Shown here: positions 19,292 through 28,739 of the stretch, one piece after another | How the letters are laid out: the number at the start of each line of letters is the position of its first letter | Position numbering within the stretch: the first letter of the stretch is position 1 | Assembly: GCA_963850325.1 (NCBI GenBank) | Contig: CAWKLB010000006.1 | Coordinates: 91,136-155,135, forward strand | Reading direction: 5' to 3' | DNA length: 64,000 nt | From: an uncultured Actinomycetota bacterium | Lineage (GTDB): Bacteria > Actinomycetota > Thermoleophilia > Solirubrobacterales > Solirubrobacteraceae | Position numbers and translations under genes: made by a program | Notes under the pieces: model-generated | The model's database searches: none | What the model was told of the DNA's origin: nothing | What the model saw: only the letters and a program-made list of their open reading frames with translations

Positions 19292-20227
19292 TCAGCGATT
19301 GGGCGGCTCGTTCCAGTCGTCGGCAGGCAGCACCGCCACCAGCCCCGACGGGTTGATCATCGGGTGGGTGCGGTAGTAGTGGGCGCGGATCTCGTCGAAG
19401 GAGACCGTGTTGGCGACGCCGGGCCACTGATAGAGGTCCCGCGCGTAGGGCCACAGCCGCGAGTACTCGGTCAGCTTGCGCAGCGAGCACTTGAAGTGGA
19501 TCTGGTAGACGGCGTCAAAGCGCACGAGGGTGGTGAACAGGCGCCAGTCGGTCTCCAGCGGCTCATCGCCGAACAAAAAGCGCCGGTCAGCCAGGCGCGC
19601 GTCGAGCTCGTCCAGCGTGGCGAACAGCCCGCGCACCTCTGACTCGTACACGGACTGCCTACGCGCGAAGCCCGCCTTGTAGACGGCGTTGTTGACCGTG
19701 TCGTAGATCTGCTGATTCAACGCGTCGATCTCGTCACGCAGCGCGTCGGGCACGAGCGCCACCGGATGCGACGCCAGGGGCGCGAACACGGTCGAGAGCA
19801 TCCGCAGGATGTCCTCGGACTCGTTGTTGACGATCGTGCCGCGCTCCTTGTCCCACAGCACCGGCACGCTGACCCGCGCTTGGTAGGCCGGATCGGAGGC
19901 GTCATAGGCCTGCGACAGGAACCGGTAGCCGTTGACCGGGTCGTCGTAGTCGCCTCCGGTGAACTCCCAGCCGCGGTCGTCGCGCAGGGGATTGACGAAC
20001 GAGACCGAGATCGCGTCCTCCAGGCCCATCAGCATCCGTCCGATCAGCGTCCGGTGCGCCCACGGGCACGCCCGGGCGACGTACAGGTGGTACCGCCCGG
20101 CCGCTACCGGGAACTCGGCGGAATCGTCATCGGACACCCAGTTCCGGAAGGTCGAGTCCTGGCGCTTGAACGACCCGTCGTCGCCGCCCTCGGCGCCCAG
20201 GGACAATGCACGTGCTTGAGTACTCAT
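19292..20227 (-). CDS. Glutathionyl-hydroquinone reductase (Xi-class GST, YqjG-like)
   Basis: RYHLYVARACPWAHR, VSVPVLWDK, IVNNESEDI, TLVRFDAVY..HFKC. Confidence 0.92.
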   Translation of the reverse strand: MSTQARALSLGAEGGDDGSFKRQDSTFRNWVSDDDSAEFPVAAGRYHLYVARACPWAHRTLIGRMLMGLEDAISVSFVNPLRDDRGWEFTGGDYDDPVNGYRFLSQAYDASDPAYQARVSVPVLWDKERGTIVNNESEDILRMLSTVFAPLASHPVALVPDALRDEIDALNQQIYDTVNNAVYKAGFARRQSVYESEVRGLFATLDELDARLADRRFLFGDEPLETDWRLFTTLVRFDAVYQIHFKCSLRKLTEYSRLWPYARDLYQWPGVANTVSFDEIRAHYYRTHPMINPSGLVAVLPADDWNEPPNR

Positions 20228-20260
20228 CCATCCAGCGTACGTCACCGAAGCCGGCGCCCG

Positions 20261-21091
20261 CTGATCTCGGTCAACGAGACCGGGGAGGGCGGTCCACTCG
20301 TTCTGCTGCACGGGCTGGGCACGACCCAGCGGATCTGGAGCCTCGTGACCGCGCCCCTGGCCCAGAGCCACCGCGTGATCACGCTGGACCTCCCCGGCTT
20401 CGGGGAGTCGGCGCCCGTCGGCGACGGGTTCGACCTCGGCGAGGTGAGCGACCGGCTGGCCCGCGCGCTCGCCGCCCACCAGGTCACCGCGCCGTTCGAC
20501 CTCGTCGGGCACTCCCTGGGCGGCGCGGTCGCCCTCACGCTGGCGGCCAACCGGCCCAGGCTCGTTCGCCGGCTCGTCCTGGTCGCTCCGGCCGGCCTGC
20601 AGCGTCGCCGCCCAGCGCTCCCGGGCACTCTGCTGGGCCCGGGCGCCAACGGTCTGTTCGCGGCCCGGCGCCGGCTCGCCGCGCTCAGCGAGCGGCCCTG
20701 GGGCCGGCGGCTCCTGCTCGCCTTCGCCGCCGCCGACGGCGCCACCCTCTCGCCCGGACAGGCGCGGATGATGGTGGAGGCCTCGGCGCCCGCGCAGCGG
20801 ATCGCGGCGGCGACGGCGGTCATCGTGCAGTCCGATCTCCTGCCCCTCTTTCGCAGCGTCCCCGCGCCCCTCGGCCTCATCTGGGGCAGACAGGACCGCG
20901 CGGTCCCGTTCAAGGTCGCGGCGGACATCTTCGCCCAAAGGCCCGACGCCGAGCTGGAGGTGATCGACTGGACGGGCCACGTCCCCATGGTCGAGCGGCC
21001 GGATTCGTTCGCCGTCGCGCTCGACGGCATTCTGCGCCGCCTTGACAAACACGCAACAAGTTCCGGTGTGCCGCGGCGTACAACACCCTGA
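20261..21091 (+). CDS. Alpha/beta fold hydrolase (start uncertain)
   Basis: LLHGLG, DLPGFGES, GHSLGG, GHVPMVE. Confidence 0.88.
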   Translation: MISVNETGEGGPLVLLHGLGTTQRIWSLVTAPLAQSHRVITLDLPGFGESAPVGDGFDLGEVSDRLARALAAHQVTAPFDLVGHSLGGAVALTLAANRPRLVRRLVLVAPAGLQRRRPALPGTLLGPGANGLFAARRRLAALSERPWGRRLLLAFAAADGATLSPGQARMMVEASAPAQRIAAATAVIVQSDLLPLFRSVPAPLGLIWGRQDRAVPFKVAADIFAQRPDAELEVIDWTGHVPMVERPDSFAVALDGILRRLDKHATSSGVPRRTTP

Positions 21092-21112
21092 GCAGGGTGA
21101 ATCCCTGCTCAG
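21088..21112. other. Perfect 10-bp hairpin CTGAGCAGGG-TGAAT-CCCTGCTCAG between the two hydrolase genes
   Basis: Read directly; covers the first gene's stop and lies 3 nt before the next ATG. Confidence 0.65.
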
Positions 21113-21115
21113 CGG

Positions 21116-22084
21116 ATGCTCCCGGCCCAGACCAACCGCCCCGGCACACCGCGCCTCCCGGGCGCGCTGGACCTCCCTGACGGACGCCGCCTGACGTTCG
21201 TGGAGACCGGACCCCTCGACGGCGCACCGGTCATCTACTGCCACGGCGCCATCGGCAGCCCGCTGCGCGACACCGTCAATCTCGGTCCTCTCACCGAGCG
21301 CCTCCACGTGCGCCACATCGCCGTCAACCGGCCCGGATTCGGCGGTTCCGACCTCGTCGCCGACCGCACCGTCACCGCGTTCGCCGCCGACCTCACCGCC
21401 CTCGTCGACGCGCTGGATATCGACCGGTTCTTCCTCGTCGGGGTGTCGGCCGGTGGCCCCTATGCGCTGGCCGCGGCCCACGCTCTCAAGGACCGTGTGA
21501 TCCGTGCGGCCGTCTGCAGTTCGCTGTCACCGCTGTGCGCGCCGCACCGCACCCCGGGTATGCCCCTGCGCATCCGGCTGGGCCTGACCGCGCTCGCGGG
21601 CATGCCCGGCACCGCGCGGCGGCTGGGCGACGCGCTCCACCCGCTCCTGCACCGCCACCCCGGAGTGCTGCACCGGGTCATCGCGGCGCATGCCGCGCCC
21701 ACCGAGCGCGCGCGGCTGGCGGAGGCCGGAGAGCGCCGGGCCGCCGGCACGAGCTTCCTCAGCGCGACCACATATGGTGTCGGCGGGATGATCGAGGACT
21801 ACCTGACCTACTCGCGCGGATGGGGGTTCCGGCCCCAGGACGTCGAGCCGGAGGTCCAGGTGTGGCACGGAGGCCTTGACCCGCTCGTCCCCATCGAGCA
21901 CGCACTGCAGCTGGCCGTGTCGCTGCCCGCGTGCCGCGTCTTCGTGGACCCCGACGAGGGCCACCACTTCTTTCGACGTCGCCTGGAGGAAATCATGACC
22001 GTGCTGCTCAACCCCGATCGCGGATCCCACAGCCTGTCGGTAGCCGGCGCGCGCGCCCTGCTCGCCGCCCGGGTGGCGGCATGA
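21116..22084 (+). CDS. Alpha/beta fold hydrolase
   Basis: YCHGAIGS, NRPGFGGS, GVSAGGPYA, WHGGLDPLVP, EGHH. Confidence 0.9.
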   Translation: MLPAQTNRPGTPRLPGALDLPDGRRLTFVETGPLDGAPVIYCHGAIGSPLRDTVNLGPLTERLHVRHIAVNRPGFGGSDLVADRTVTAFAADLTALVDALDIDRFFLVGVSAGGPYALAAAHALKDRVIRAAVCSSLSPLCAPHRTPGMPLRIRLGLTALAGMPGTARRLGDALHPLLHRHPGVLHRVIAAHAAPTERARLAEAGERRAAGTSFLSATTYGVGGMIEDYLTYSRGWGFRPQDVEPEVQVWHGGLDPLVPIEHALQLAVSLPACRVFVDPDEGHHFFRRRLEEIMTVLLNPDRGSHSLSVAGARALLAARVAA

Positions 22085-22908
22085 GTGACCAGGCGGCCGG
22101 CGCGAGCCGGGCGGGGCGATTTCTCGAGCTGCACCGCCCCGGCGATCCGCTGGTGATGCCCAACCCGTGGGACATCGGCTCGGCCAAGCTCATGGCCTCG
22201 CTGGGCTTCGAGGCCCTGGCCACGACGAGCAGCGGCTTTGCCGCCACGCTGGGCCGGCTGGACGGCGGGGTCAGCCGAGACGAGGCGCTCGCTCACGCTG
22301 CGGCGATCGTGCAGGCCACCGACCTCCCCGTATCCGCCGACCTCGAGAACTGCTTCGCGTCGGACTCCGAGGGCGTCGCCGAGACTGCGCGCGGGGCTGT
22401 CGCGGCCGGCCTGGCCGGATTCTCCGTCGAGGACTACGACCCTGACGCCGACGCCATCTACGAGCGGGGGGTCGCCGCCGAGCGCGTCCGCGCGGCCGTC
22501 GAGGTGGCGCACGCCGCGCCGGGCGGTCCGCTGGTGGTGACCGCGCGCGCGGAGGGGTACCTGCGCGAGCAGCAGCCTGACCGCGACGAGATCATCGCGC
22601 GCCTCCAGGCCTACCAGGAGGCCGGCGCCGACGTCCTGTTCGCGCCCGGTCCCGTCGACTCCGAGACGGTGAGCGCGATCGTGTCCTCGCTGGACCGGCC
22701 CGTCAACGTGCTGGCGCGCAAGGGGGCACCGCCCGTCGCCGAGCTCGGCAAGCTGGGGGTCGCGCGGATCTCGGTGGGCGGGGCGCTGGCCTTCACCGCG
22801 GTCGGCGGTTGGGTGAGCGCGGCCCGGGAGCTGCGCGAGCGGGGGACCTACGCGTACTTCGACCAGATGGCCGAGGGCGCGAAGGCCGTCCGCGCCGCCT
22901 TCGGATAG
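22081..22908 (+). CDS. Isocitrate lyase/PEP mutase-family protein
   Basis: PNPWDIGSA, ALATTSSG, PVSADLENCF, GFSVED, EAGADVLFAPG. Confidence 0.9.
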   Translation: MSDQAAGASRAGRFLELHRPGDPLVMPNPWDIGSAKLMASLGFEALATTSSGFAATLGRLDGGVSRDEALAHAAAIVQATDLPVSADLENCFASDSEGVAETARGAVAAGLAGFSVEDYDPDADAIYERGVAAERVRAAVEVAHAAPGGPLVVTARAEGYLREQQPDRDEIIARLQAYQEAGADVLFAPGPVDSETVSAIVSSLDRPVNVLARKGAPPVAELGKLGVARISVGGALAFTAVGGWVSAARELRERGTYAYFDQMAEGAKAVRAAFG

Positions 22909-23019
22909 TTGATCAGCGTGGCCGCCGCTGGCAGGCGGCCGGACCGCGACCGGGACCCGCTCAGGCGGCCCCGCGGCCCCGCGGACGGGACCCGAGCCGG
23001 GCCGGGCCGGGGGCGACGC

Positions 23020-23937
23020 TCAGGCGGCGGCGCGCAGCTTGGCCACCGGCGGGCGCTCCACCGGCTCGATGCCGAGCGCGGGGAACTCCTCCTCGCCGGG
23101 GGTGAAGAAGCCGGTGGGCAGCGGGCCCGAGAGGCGCCCGTCGCGCTCCAGGCGCGAGGCGAGCGCGCGCAGCACCGCGAAGGCCATCGGGCCGAGGTCG
23201 CGGAGCGACTGATGGGCGTTCTGGCGGACGTCGAGGTCGACCTGGGCGAGCCCCTCGAGGCCGACGGCCTGGTAGGCGTCGACGAGCAGCCCGATGTCGA
23301 CGCCATAGCCGGTGACGAACGGCAGTGACTCCAGGAGCTCGCGGCGGGCCGCCACCTCGCCGGCCAGCGGCTGGGCCACTCCCGCCAGATCGGGATAGAA
23401 GAGATTGAGGAGCGGACGGGCGGTGAGCTCGGTGACCCGGCCGCCGCCATCGGGGAGCGTCGTCTCGCCGACCCGGAACGGCCGGCGGTAGAGGCCCTTG
23501 ACGAACGAGATCCGGCTGTCGCACAGGAGAGGACCAAGGAGCCCGCAGGCGAAATGAGCCCCGAAATGCTCGGAGTCGGCGTCAAGAAAGACGATCACAT
23601 CGCCGGTGAGGACGGCCAGCGACCGCCACATGGCGTCGCCCTTGCCGAGCACGGGACCCACCTCGGGGAGCAGGTCGTTCTGGTTGTGGACCTCGGCGCC
23701 CAGCTCGCGGGCGATCCGGCCGGTGTCGTCCGTGGAGGCGTCCACGACGACGATCTGATCGATCGCCCCCGCGTCGCGCAACGGCGTCAGGGACCTCACG
23801 ATCGCGCCAATCGTGCGTTCCTCGTCACGGGCCGGCAGGCATACGGAGACCGTGTGCCGGCGTTCGGCTGCCAGCCGCTCAGGCGGGAACTCGGAGTGAT
23901 GGAACGTATGGCTCCGGTGCCAGGAGCGCGCGCGCAT
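23020..23937 (-). CDS. gpgS: Glucosyl-3-phosphoglycerate synthase
   Basis: VCLPARDEE, GKGDAMWRSL, FLDAD, GGRVTELTARP, QPLAGE, GYGVDIGL. Confidence 0.88.
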   Translation of the reverse strand: MRARSWHRSHTFHHSEFPPERLAAERRHTVSVCLPARDEERTIGAIVRSLTPLRDAGAIDQIVVVDASTDDTGRIARELGAEVHNQNDLLPEVGPVLGKGDAMWRSLAVLTGDVIVFLDADSEHFGAHFACGLLGPLLCDSRISFVKGLYRRPFRVGETTLPDGGGRVTELTARPLLNLFYPDLAGVAQPLAGEVAARRELLESLPFVTGYGVDIGLLVDAYQAVGLEGLAQVDLDVRQNAHQSLRDLGPMAFAVLRALASRLERDGRLSGPLPTGFFTPGEEEFPALGIEPVERPPVAKLRAAA

Positions 23938-24118
23938 CGACATGACGTGCCCGGGAGCATGACAGCCGTGCACGTTGGGCGCGCGAGTGCTGTCGCTCGG
24001 CGTGAAATATCATCTCTGTGTGGCCCTCGCGGGATCGGCCACCACTGTCATGGCGCCGTTGGCGCCAACGAGGAATGGGATGCGGTGCACCATCGCCTGA
24101 TTTGCAGGGGTTCCTGGC

Positions 24119-25378
24119 GTGATTAGGTGTTTGCGGATCGTCGCCTTCCGCCGCTTGTTGATGGCGTATGTGCTCAACGAGCTGGCCTGGGCGGTGGGCA
24201 CGCTGGCGCTGTCGCTGCTGGTCTACAAGCGGACCGGGAGCGCCATCGGGTCAGCGGCGTTCTTCCTGTGCTCCCAGTTCCTCCCGGCGCTGGTGTCACC
24301 GGCACTCGTGGCCCGCCTGGATCGGGCCTCCGTACGCGTCGTGCTGCCGGTCCTCTACGCGGTCGAGGCGGCCCTGTTCGGCGTGTTGGCGTACCTCGTG
24401 CACCACTTCCTGCTCGTCCCGGTGCTTCTCCTGGCCCTCGCCGACGGAGCGGTTGCCGCCACGGCGCGGTCACTGGCCACGGCGGCGCGCATCGAGATCC
24501 TTCGTCCCAAGGACCTGCTCCAGGAGGGCAATGCCCTGGGGAGCTTCGGTTTCTCCGGGGCGTTCATGCTCGGCCCGGTGATCGGTGGCGCCGTGGTCGC
24601 TGCCGGCGGCACGCTCGCTGCCCTCCTCGTTAACTGCGGGCTGTTCGCGGTCCTCGCCGTCTTCCTGGCCATCACGGCGCTGCCCGGTGCCAAGGCCGAT
24701 CCCGAGGGGTCGGTGTGGAGTCGCCTGGGCAAAGGGCTCGCCCACGTTCGCTCCGACGCGGTGCTGGGGCGCCTGCTGATCATGCAGGCGATCGGCCTGT
24801 GCATCTTCACCATCACCATCCCCGTCGAGGTCGTCTACGCCCAGCACACGCTGCACGCGGGAGCCAGCGGCTACGGTCTGCTCCTCGGCGTGTGGGGTGG
24901 CGGCGCGGTCTTCGGCAGCGTCGTCTACGCGCGGTTCCGGCGGCGGTCGGCACCGGTGCTCATTGCCGGCTCGGCACTCGCGCTGGCCGCGGGCTTCGCG
25001 GTGATGACGGTGGCGCCGAGCCTGATCGCGGCGCTGTGCGGCGCGGCTGTCGCCGGCGCGGGCAACAGCGTCGAATGGGTGGCGTGGCGCACCGCCATCC
25101 AGGAGCGCACCCCGGACCGCTGGATGGCGCTGATGATGAGCTTGGCCGACTCGATGTCGATGCTGGCGCCGGGCATCGGCATCGTCGCCGGCGGCCTGAT
25201 CGCGCAGTTCGCCTCGTCGCGCGCCGCCTTCGGCGTGGCCTCGGTGGGCTCGTTGCTGTTCGCGGTCGTGGTGCCACTCGCCTTCCGCAACGCGCGCGAC
25301 CGCCGGCCCGAGCGGCGGCCATCCGTCGAGGCCCCCGCCGAAGAGGCGGCCATCTCGCGCGGCAAGTCGCTCGTTTAG
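24119..25378 (+). CDS. MFS transporter (DHA3/EntS-like)
   Basis: About 12 hydrophobic segments; motif A-like LVARLDRASVR. Confidence 0.85.
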   Translation: MIRCLRIVAFRRLLMAYVLNELAWAVGTLALSLLVYKRTGSAIGSAAFFLCSQFLPALVSPALVARLDRASVRVVLPVLYAVEAALFGVLAYLVHHFLLVPVLLLALADGAVAATARSLATAARIEILRPKDLLQEGNALGSFGFSGAFMLGPVIGGAVVAAGGTLAALLVNCGLFAVLAVFLAITALPGAKADPEGSVWSRLGKGLAHVRSDAVLGRLLIMQAIGLCIFTITIPVEVVYAQHTLHAGASGYGLLLGVWGGGAVFGSVVYARFRRRSAPVLIAGSALALAAGFAVMTVAPSLIAALCGAAVAGAGNSVEWVAWRTAIQERTPDRWMALMMSLADSMSMLAPGIGIVAGGLIAQFASSRAAFGVASVGSLLFAVVVPLAFRNARDRRPERRPSVEAPAEEAAISRGKSLV

Positions 25379-25389
25379 TGCACAGTCCC

Positions 25390-26277
25390 GTGGGCGTGCG
25401 CGCCGCCTGCATCGACATCGGCTCCAACACGACCCGCCTCCTCGTCGCGGATTGCGTCGACGGCGCGCTCGTCGAGGTCTACCAGGAGCGCGCCTTCACC
25501 CGGATCGGCAAGGGCCTGGCCGCGTCAGGGGCGATCGGCGCCGACAAGATCGAGGAGGTCGTGTCCGTCGTGCTGCAGCAGCTCGCCGTCGCGCGCGAGC
25601 ATGGCGCCGCGGAGATCCGCGGCGTGGCCACAGCGGCGATCCGGACCGCCTCCAACGGCGTCGCGCTGGTCGAGGCGATCGCCGCCGGGACGGGGCTGGA
25701 GGTGGAGATCGTGTCCGGGGAGGACGAGGCGCGGCTGGCCTTCCGGGGAGCGGCGGCGATGCTCGAGCCCGAGACGGCGGCGCGCTGCCACCAGCTTGGG
25801 GTCATCGACGTCGGCGGTGGGTCGTCAGAGGTCGTCGTCGGCGCGGCCCCCGACCGCGTTGGGTGGTGGGCCTCGGTGCCGATCGGGTCCGGGGCGCTCA
25901 CCGACCACTGCCTGCACTCCGACCCGCCGAGCCCGGGCGAGTTCGAGTCAGCGCGCCACGAGGTGGCGGCCGCGCTCGCCGGCCTGGCGCCGCCGTGCCC
26001 CGAGGTGGCGGTGGCCGTCGGGGGCAGCGCCACCTCGCTGGGCCGTCTGGCCGGGCCGGTGCTCGACGTGGGGGCGTTCGAACGGGCGCTGGCCGTCCTG
26101 GCGGGCGAGCCCGCCGCGTTGGTGGCCGAGCGCTACCTCATCGACCCCCAGCGGGCGCGGCTGCTGCCAGCCGGCCTGCTCATCCTCCAGGGCGCCTCCC
26201 GGTTGCTGGAGGCGACGATCCAGGTCGGTCGGGGTGGCATCCGCGAGGGCGTACTGCTAGAAGCACTCGGAGCGTGA
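25390..26277 (+). CDS. Ppx/GppA-family phosphatase, short single-domain form
   Basis: ACIDIGSNTTRL, VATAAIR, VSGEDEARLAF, IDVGGGSSE, GIREGVL. Confidence 0.9.
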   Translation: MGVRAACIDIGSNTTRLLVADCVDGALVEVYQERAFTRIGKGLAASGAIGADKIEEVVSVVLQQLAVAREHGAAEIRGVATAAIRTASNGVALVEAIAAGTGLEVEIVSGEDEARLAFRGAAAMLEPETAARCHQLGVIDVGGGSSEVVVGAAPDRVGWWASVPIGSGALTDHCLHSDPPSPGEFESARHEVAAALAGLAPPCPEVAVAVGGSATSLGRLAGPVLDVGAFERALAVLAGEPAALVAERYLIDPQRARLLPAGLLILQGASRLLEATIQVGRGGIREGVLLEALGA

Positions 26278-27092
26278 CCACCGATCCCGCCATCCCACCC
26301 CGCGAGGCCATCGCCGAGGTGCGCGTGCGCGCGCCGACGCGCGGCAACCGCCGGCTCGAACGCTTCCTGACCGCCGTCAACGCCGACGACCAGCTCAAGG
26401 CCTGGTGGCACGTCTCGGCGATCAACGCCACGCGACGACTGGGGATGTCCGACCACAGCTGGGTCCACATCCAGATCGTGCTCAACATCGGCCTGCGGCT
26501 GTCACGGCTGCTGTTCCGCCGCGGGGTGACACCCAGCGTCGTCGCCGACTTCGGCATGACCGAGCGCGACGCCGAGGTGGTGGTGGCGGCGGGCTGCCTG
26601 ATGCACTGCGTCGGCATGTCGATCCACCGCCGCGACCACGAGCGCTACAGCCTCTTTCTCACCGCCGACAAGCTGGGCACGCTGCTCAAGGACGTCTACG
26701 AGGAGCCTGAGCGCTCGGTGATCGTGGCCGAGACGCTGCACGCCATCATCGGCCACCGCAGCGACGGCGCCCCTTTCACCGTCGAGGCGGGGATCGTCCG
26801 GGTGGCCGACGCGCTGGACATGGCGCGCGGCCGCTCACGCATTCCGTTCGAGGCGGGTCAGCAGAACATCCACTCAATTTCCGCCTACGCGATCGACGAG
26901 GTCAAGATCAGCCCGGGGAGCGACCGCGCCGTGCGGGTGGAGATCGCGATGTCCAACAGCGCTGGGATCTTCCAGGTGGATGAGCTGCTGGCCGAGAAGC
27001 TGCGCGGCTCGGGGCTGGAGGAGCACATCGAGGTCATCGCACGGATCGACGCCGAGCACGAGCAGCGGCTGATGCAGGTGTTCAAGCTGTAG
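26274..27092 (+). CDS. HD-superfamily hydrolase (COG3294-like) with HC in place of HD
   Basis: GMSDHSWVH...LMHCVGMSIHR...ADALDM; GTGA overlap with ppx. Confidence 0.8.
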   Translation: MTTDPAIPPREAIAEVRVRAPTRGNRRLERFLTAVNADDQLKAWWHVSAINATRRLGMSDHSWVHIQIVLNIGLRLSRLLFRRGVTPSVVADFGMTERDAEVVVAAGCLMHCVGMSIHRRDHERYSLFLTADKLGTLLKDVYEEPERSVIVAETLHAIIGHRSDGAPFTVEAGIVRVADALDMARGRSRIPFEAGQQNIHSISAYAIDEVKISPGSDRAVRVEIAMSNSAGIFQVDELLAEKLRGSGLEEHIEVIARIDAEHEQRLMQVFKL

Positions 27093-27148
27093 TGGTCGTC
27101 CACGGGGAGAGCCACTAAGTGGTCGCTCGGGGGCGCGAGGGCTGAGGG

Positions 27149-27787
27149 GTGCCAGACGAGCGGTCCACCGGTCCCGCGGCCGGCCGCCGTGCGACCCCGG
27201 CCATCGGCGCGCTGGCGATCGTCGTGGTGGCTCTCGTGGTCATCGGCGGCTACGGCGAGCACTGGCGCTGGATCGGAGTCAACGGCAAGACGGCGACGTT
27301 GTGGGACTGGCTGCATCTGGTCCTGCTCCCGATCGCTGCGCTCGTGATCTCGCTGTGGCTGCGCCATCGGCCGCCGCTGACCGGGACATGGGCGGCGGTG
27401 GTGGGTGTCCTGGCGGGCGCCTTCGTGCTGCTCGTCATGGCGGGGTATCTCGTGCCCTGGGGGTGGACCGGCTTCGTCGGCAACACGTTGTGGGATTGGC
27501 TCAACCTCGCCGCCCTGCCGGTGGCGGTGGCGCTCATCCCGGTGTTGGTGGAGCGCCGCTCGGACTGGGGCCGCCAGCATGCCGTGATGCTGGCGGCGGG
27601 GGCGGCTGCGTTCCTGGTGCTGGTGCTTGCGGGCTACCTGGCGCACTGGCGGTGGACCGGGTTCACCGGCAACACCGCGTGGGACTGGCTGCACCTGCTC
27701 CTGCTTCCGCTCTTGGTGCCAGTCGTCATCGTTCCGCTACTGCGTCCAGTGGTGACAGAGCGGTTCAGGGACCCGGACAAAGTGTAA
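27149..27787 (+). CDS. Membrane protein with three WxWxG...TxWDWLxL repeats
   Basis: Three internal repeats separated by hydrophobic helices. Confidence 0.75.
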   Translation: MPDERSTGPAAGRRATPAIGALAIVVVALVVIGGYGEHWRWIGVNGKTATLWDWLHLVLLPIAALVISLWLRHRPPLTGTWAAVVGVLAGAFVLLVMAGYLVPWGWTGFVGNTLWDWLNLAALPVAVALIPVLVERRSDWGRQHAVMLAAGAAAFLVLVLAGYLAHWRWTGFTGNTAWDWLHLLLLPLLVPVVIVPLLRPVVTERFRDPDKV

Positions 27788-27824
27788 AGCCGGCTTGACA
27801 TCGCGTGTAAAGTTGGCTTTACAC
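27782..27824. promoter_or_regulatory. Tandem palindromic operators overlapping a TTGACA -35 box
   Basis: GTGTAAAGC-CG-GCTTGACA (27782-27800) and perfect GTGTAAAG-TTGG-CTTTACAC (27805-27824). Confidence 0.7.
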
Positions 27825-27825
27825 G

Positions 27826-28023
27826 GTGATGCGCAATCTCATACGAGAACTGCGAACCGCCCGGGGCCTGTCCCAGGGAGAGCTGGCTACGGCGATGAGC
27901 GTGTCGCGCCAGACGATCAACTCGATCGAGAAGGACCGCTACACGCCCTCGCTCCCGCTGGCGATCTCGCTGGCGCGGTTCTTCGGTTCGACGGTAGAGG
28001 AGGTGTTCAATGCGGACGTGTAG
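27826..28023 (+). CDS. XRE/Cro-type HTH transcriptional regulator
   Basis: LRTARGLSQGELATAMSVSRQTINSIEKDRYTPSL. Confidence 0.92.
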   Translation: MMRNLIRELRTARGLSQGELATAMSVSRQTINSIEKDRYTPSLPLAISLARFFGSTVEEVFNADV

Positions 28024-28396
28024 GACATCAAAGTGGGTCGTTCCGGCGTTCTCGGTGGCCATGGGGCTGGTGCTCCTGGGCGCCGGGATCCTCGGCCACC
28101 ACGCGGGGGACGGGCTGTTCGGCCTCGGCGTGATGACCGCACTGGGCGCGGTGTTCGCCTTCGGGGGACGCAGCGAGACGATCCGCGGCCTGCGCGGCGA
28201 CGGGCGCGACGAGCGTTTTCATGCGATGGACGCACGCGCGACGCTGGCGTCGGGGAGCGTGCTGCTCATCGCGGTGCTGGTGGCCTATGTCGTCTCGGTG
28301 GCCAGCGGCGACAGCGGCGAGCCGTACAGCTGGCTGGGCGCCATCGCCGGGGTGACGTATCTGGCCAGCATCGCCTGGCTGAGGATCCGGGGGTAG
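28010..28396 (+). CDS. Small membrane protein (DUF2178-like), coupled to the XRE regulator
   Basis: Four hydrophobic segments with a DER...A motif; overlaps the regulator stop. Confidence 0.75.
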   Translation: MRTCRTSKWVVPAFSVAMGLVLLGAGILGHHAGDGLFGLGVMTALGAVFAFGGRSETIRGLRGDGRDERFHAMDARATLASGSVLLIAVLVAYVVSVASGDSGEPYSWLGAIAGVTYLASIAWLRIRG

Positions 28397-28439
28397 CCCC
28401 AAGCAGGTGCCGCTCAGCGCGTTGCGCTGCTGACGCGTC

Positions 28440-28718
28440 TCACCAGCCGCCGCGCCAGTCCGCGCTGGCCTCACGGGCCTTCACGGCGTCGTCGCGGGCG
28501 TGCTTGCGCTTGTCCAGCCTGGACTGGATGAGCGTGAACACCACGATGACCACGGGGAAGAACACGATCACGCCGAACATGACGTCGGTGATCTGCTGGT
28601 CGTTGGTCTCGCCGAACCAGCCCTGGCCCCCGTTGGCATGGGCGAAGGCCGCCGGCGCGAACGTCAGCAGGGTGCCGACGCACACGGTCAGCGCAATCAT
28701 CAGGCGGGCACGCCGCAT
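28440..28718 (-). CDS. Small secreted/membrane hypothetical protein
   Basis: Signal-like N-terminus (APAAFA) plus one TM helix. Confidence 0.65.
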   Translation of the reverse strand: MRRARLMIALTVCVGTLLTFAPAAFAHANGGQGWFGETNDQQITDVMFGVIVFFPVVIVVFTLIQSRLDKRKHARDDAVKAREASADWRGGW

Positions 28719-28739
28719 GGGCAGAAGCGTACCGCTTTG

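Noticed and set aside
20228-21481. N-terminal extension of the GST ORF (729 aa)
   Set aside because: Antisense to the alpha/beta hydrolase genes; GST homology starts near 20227
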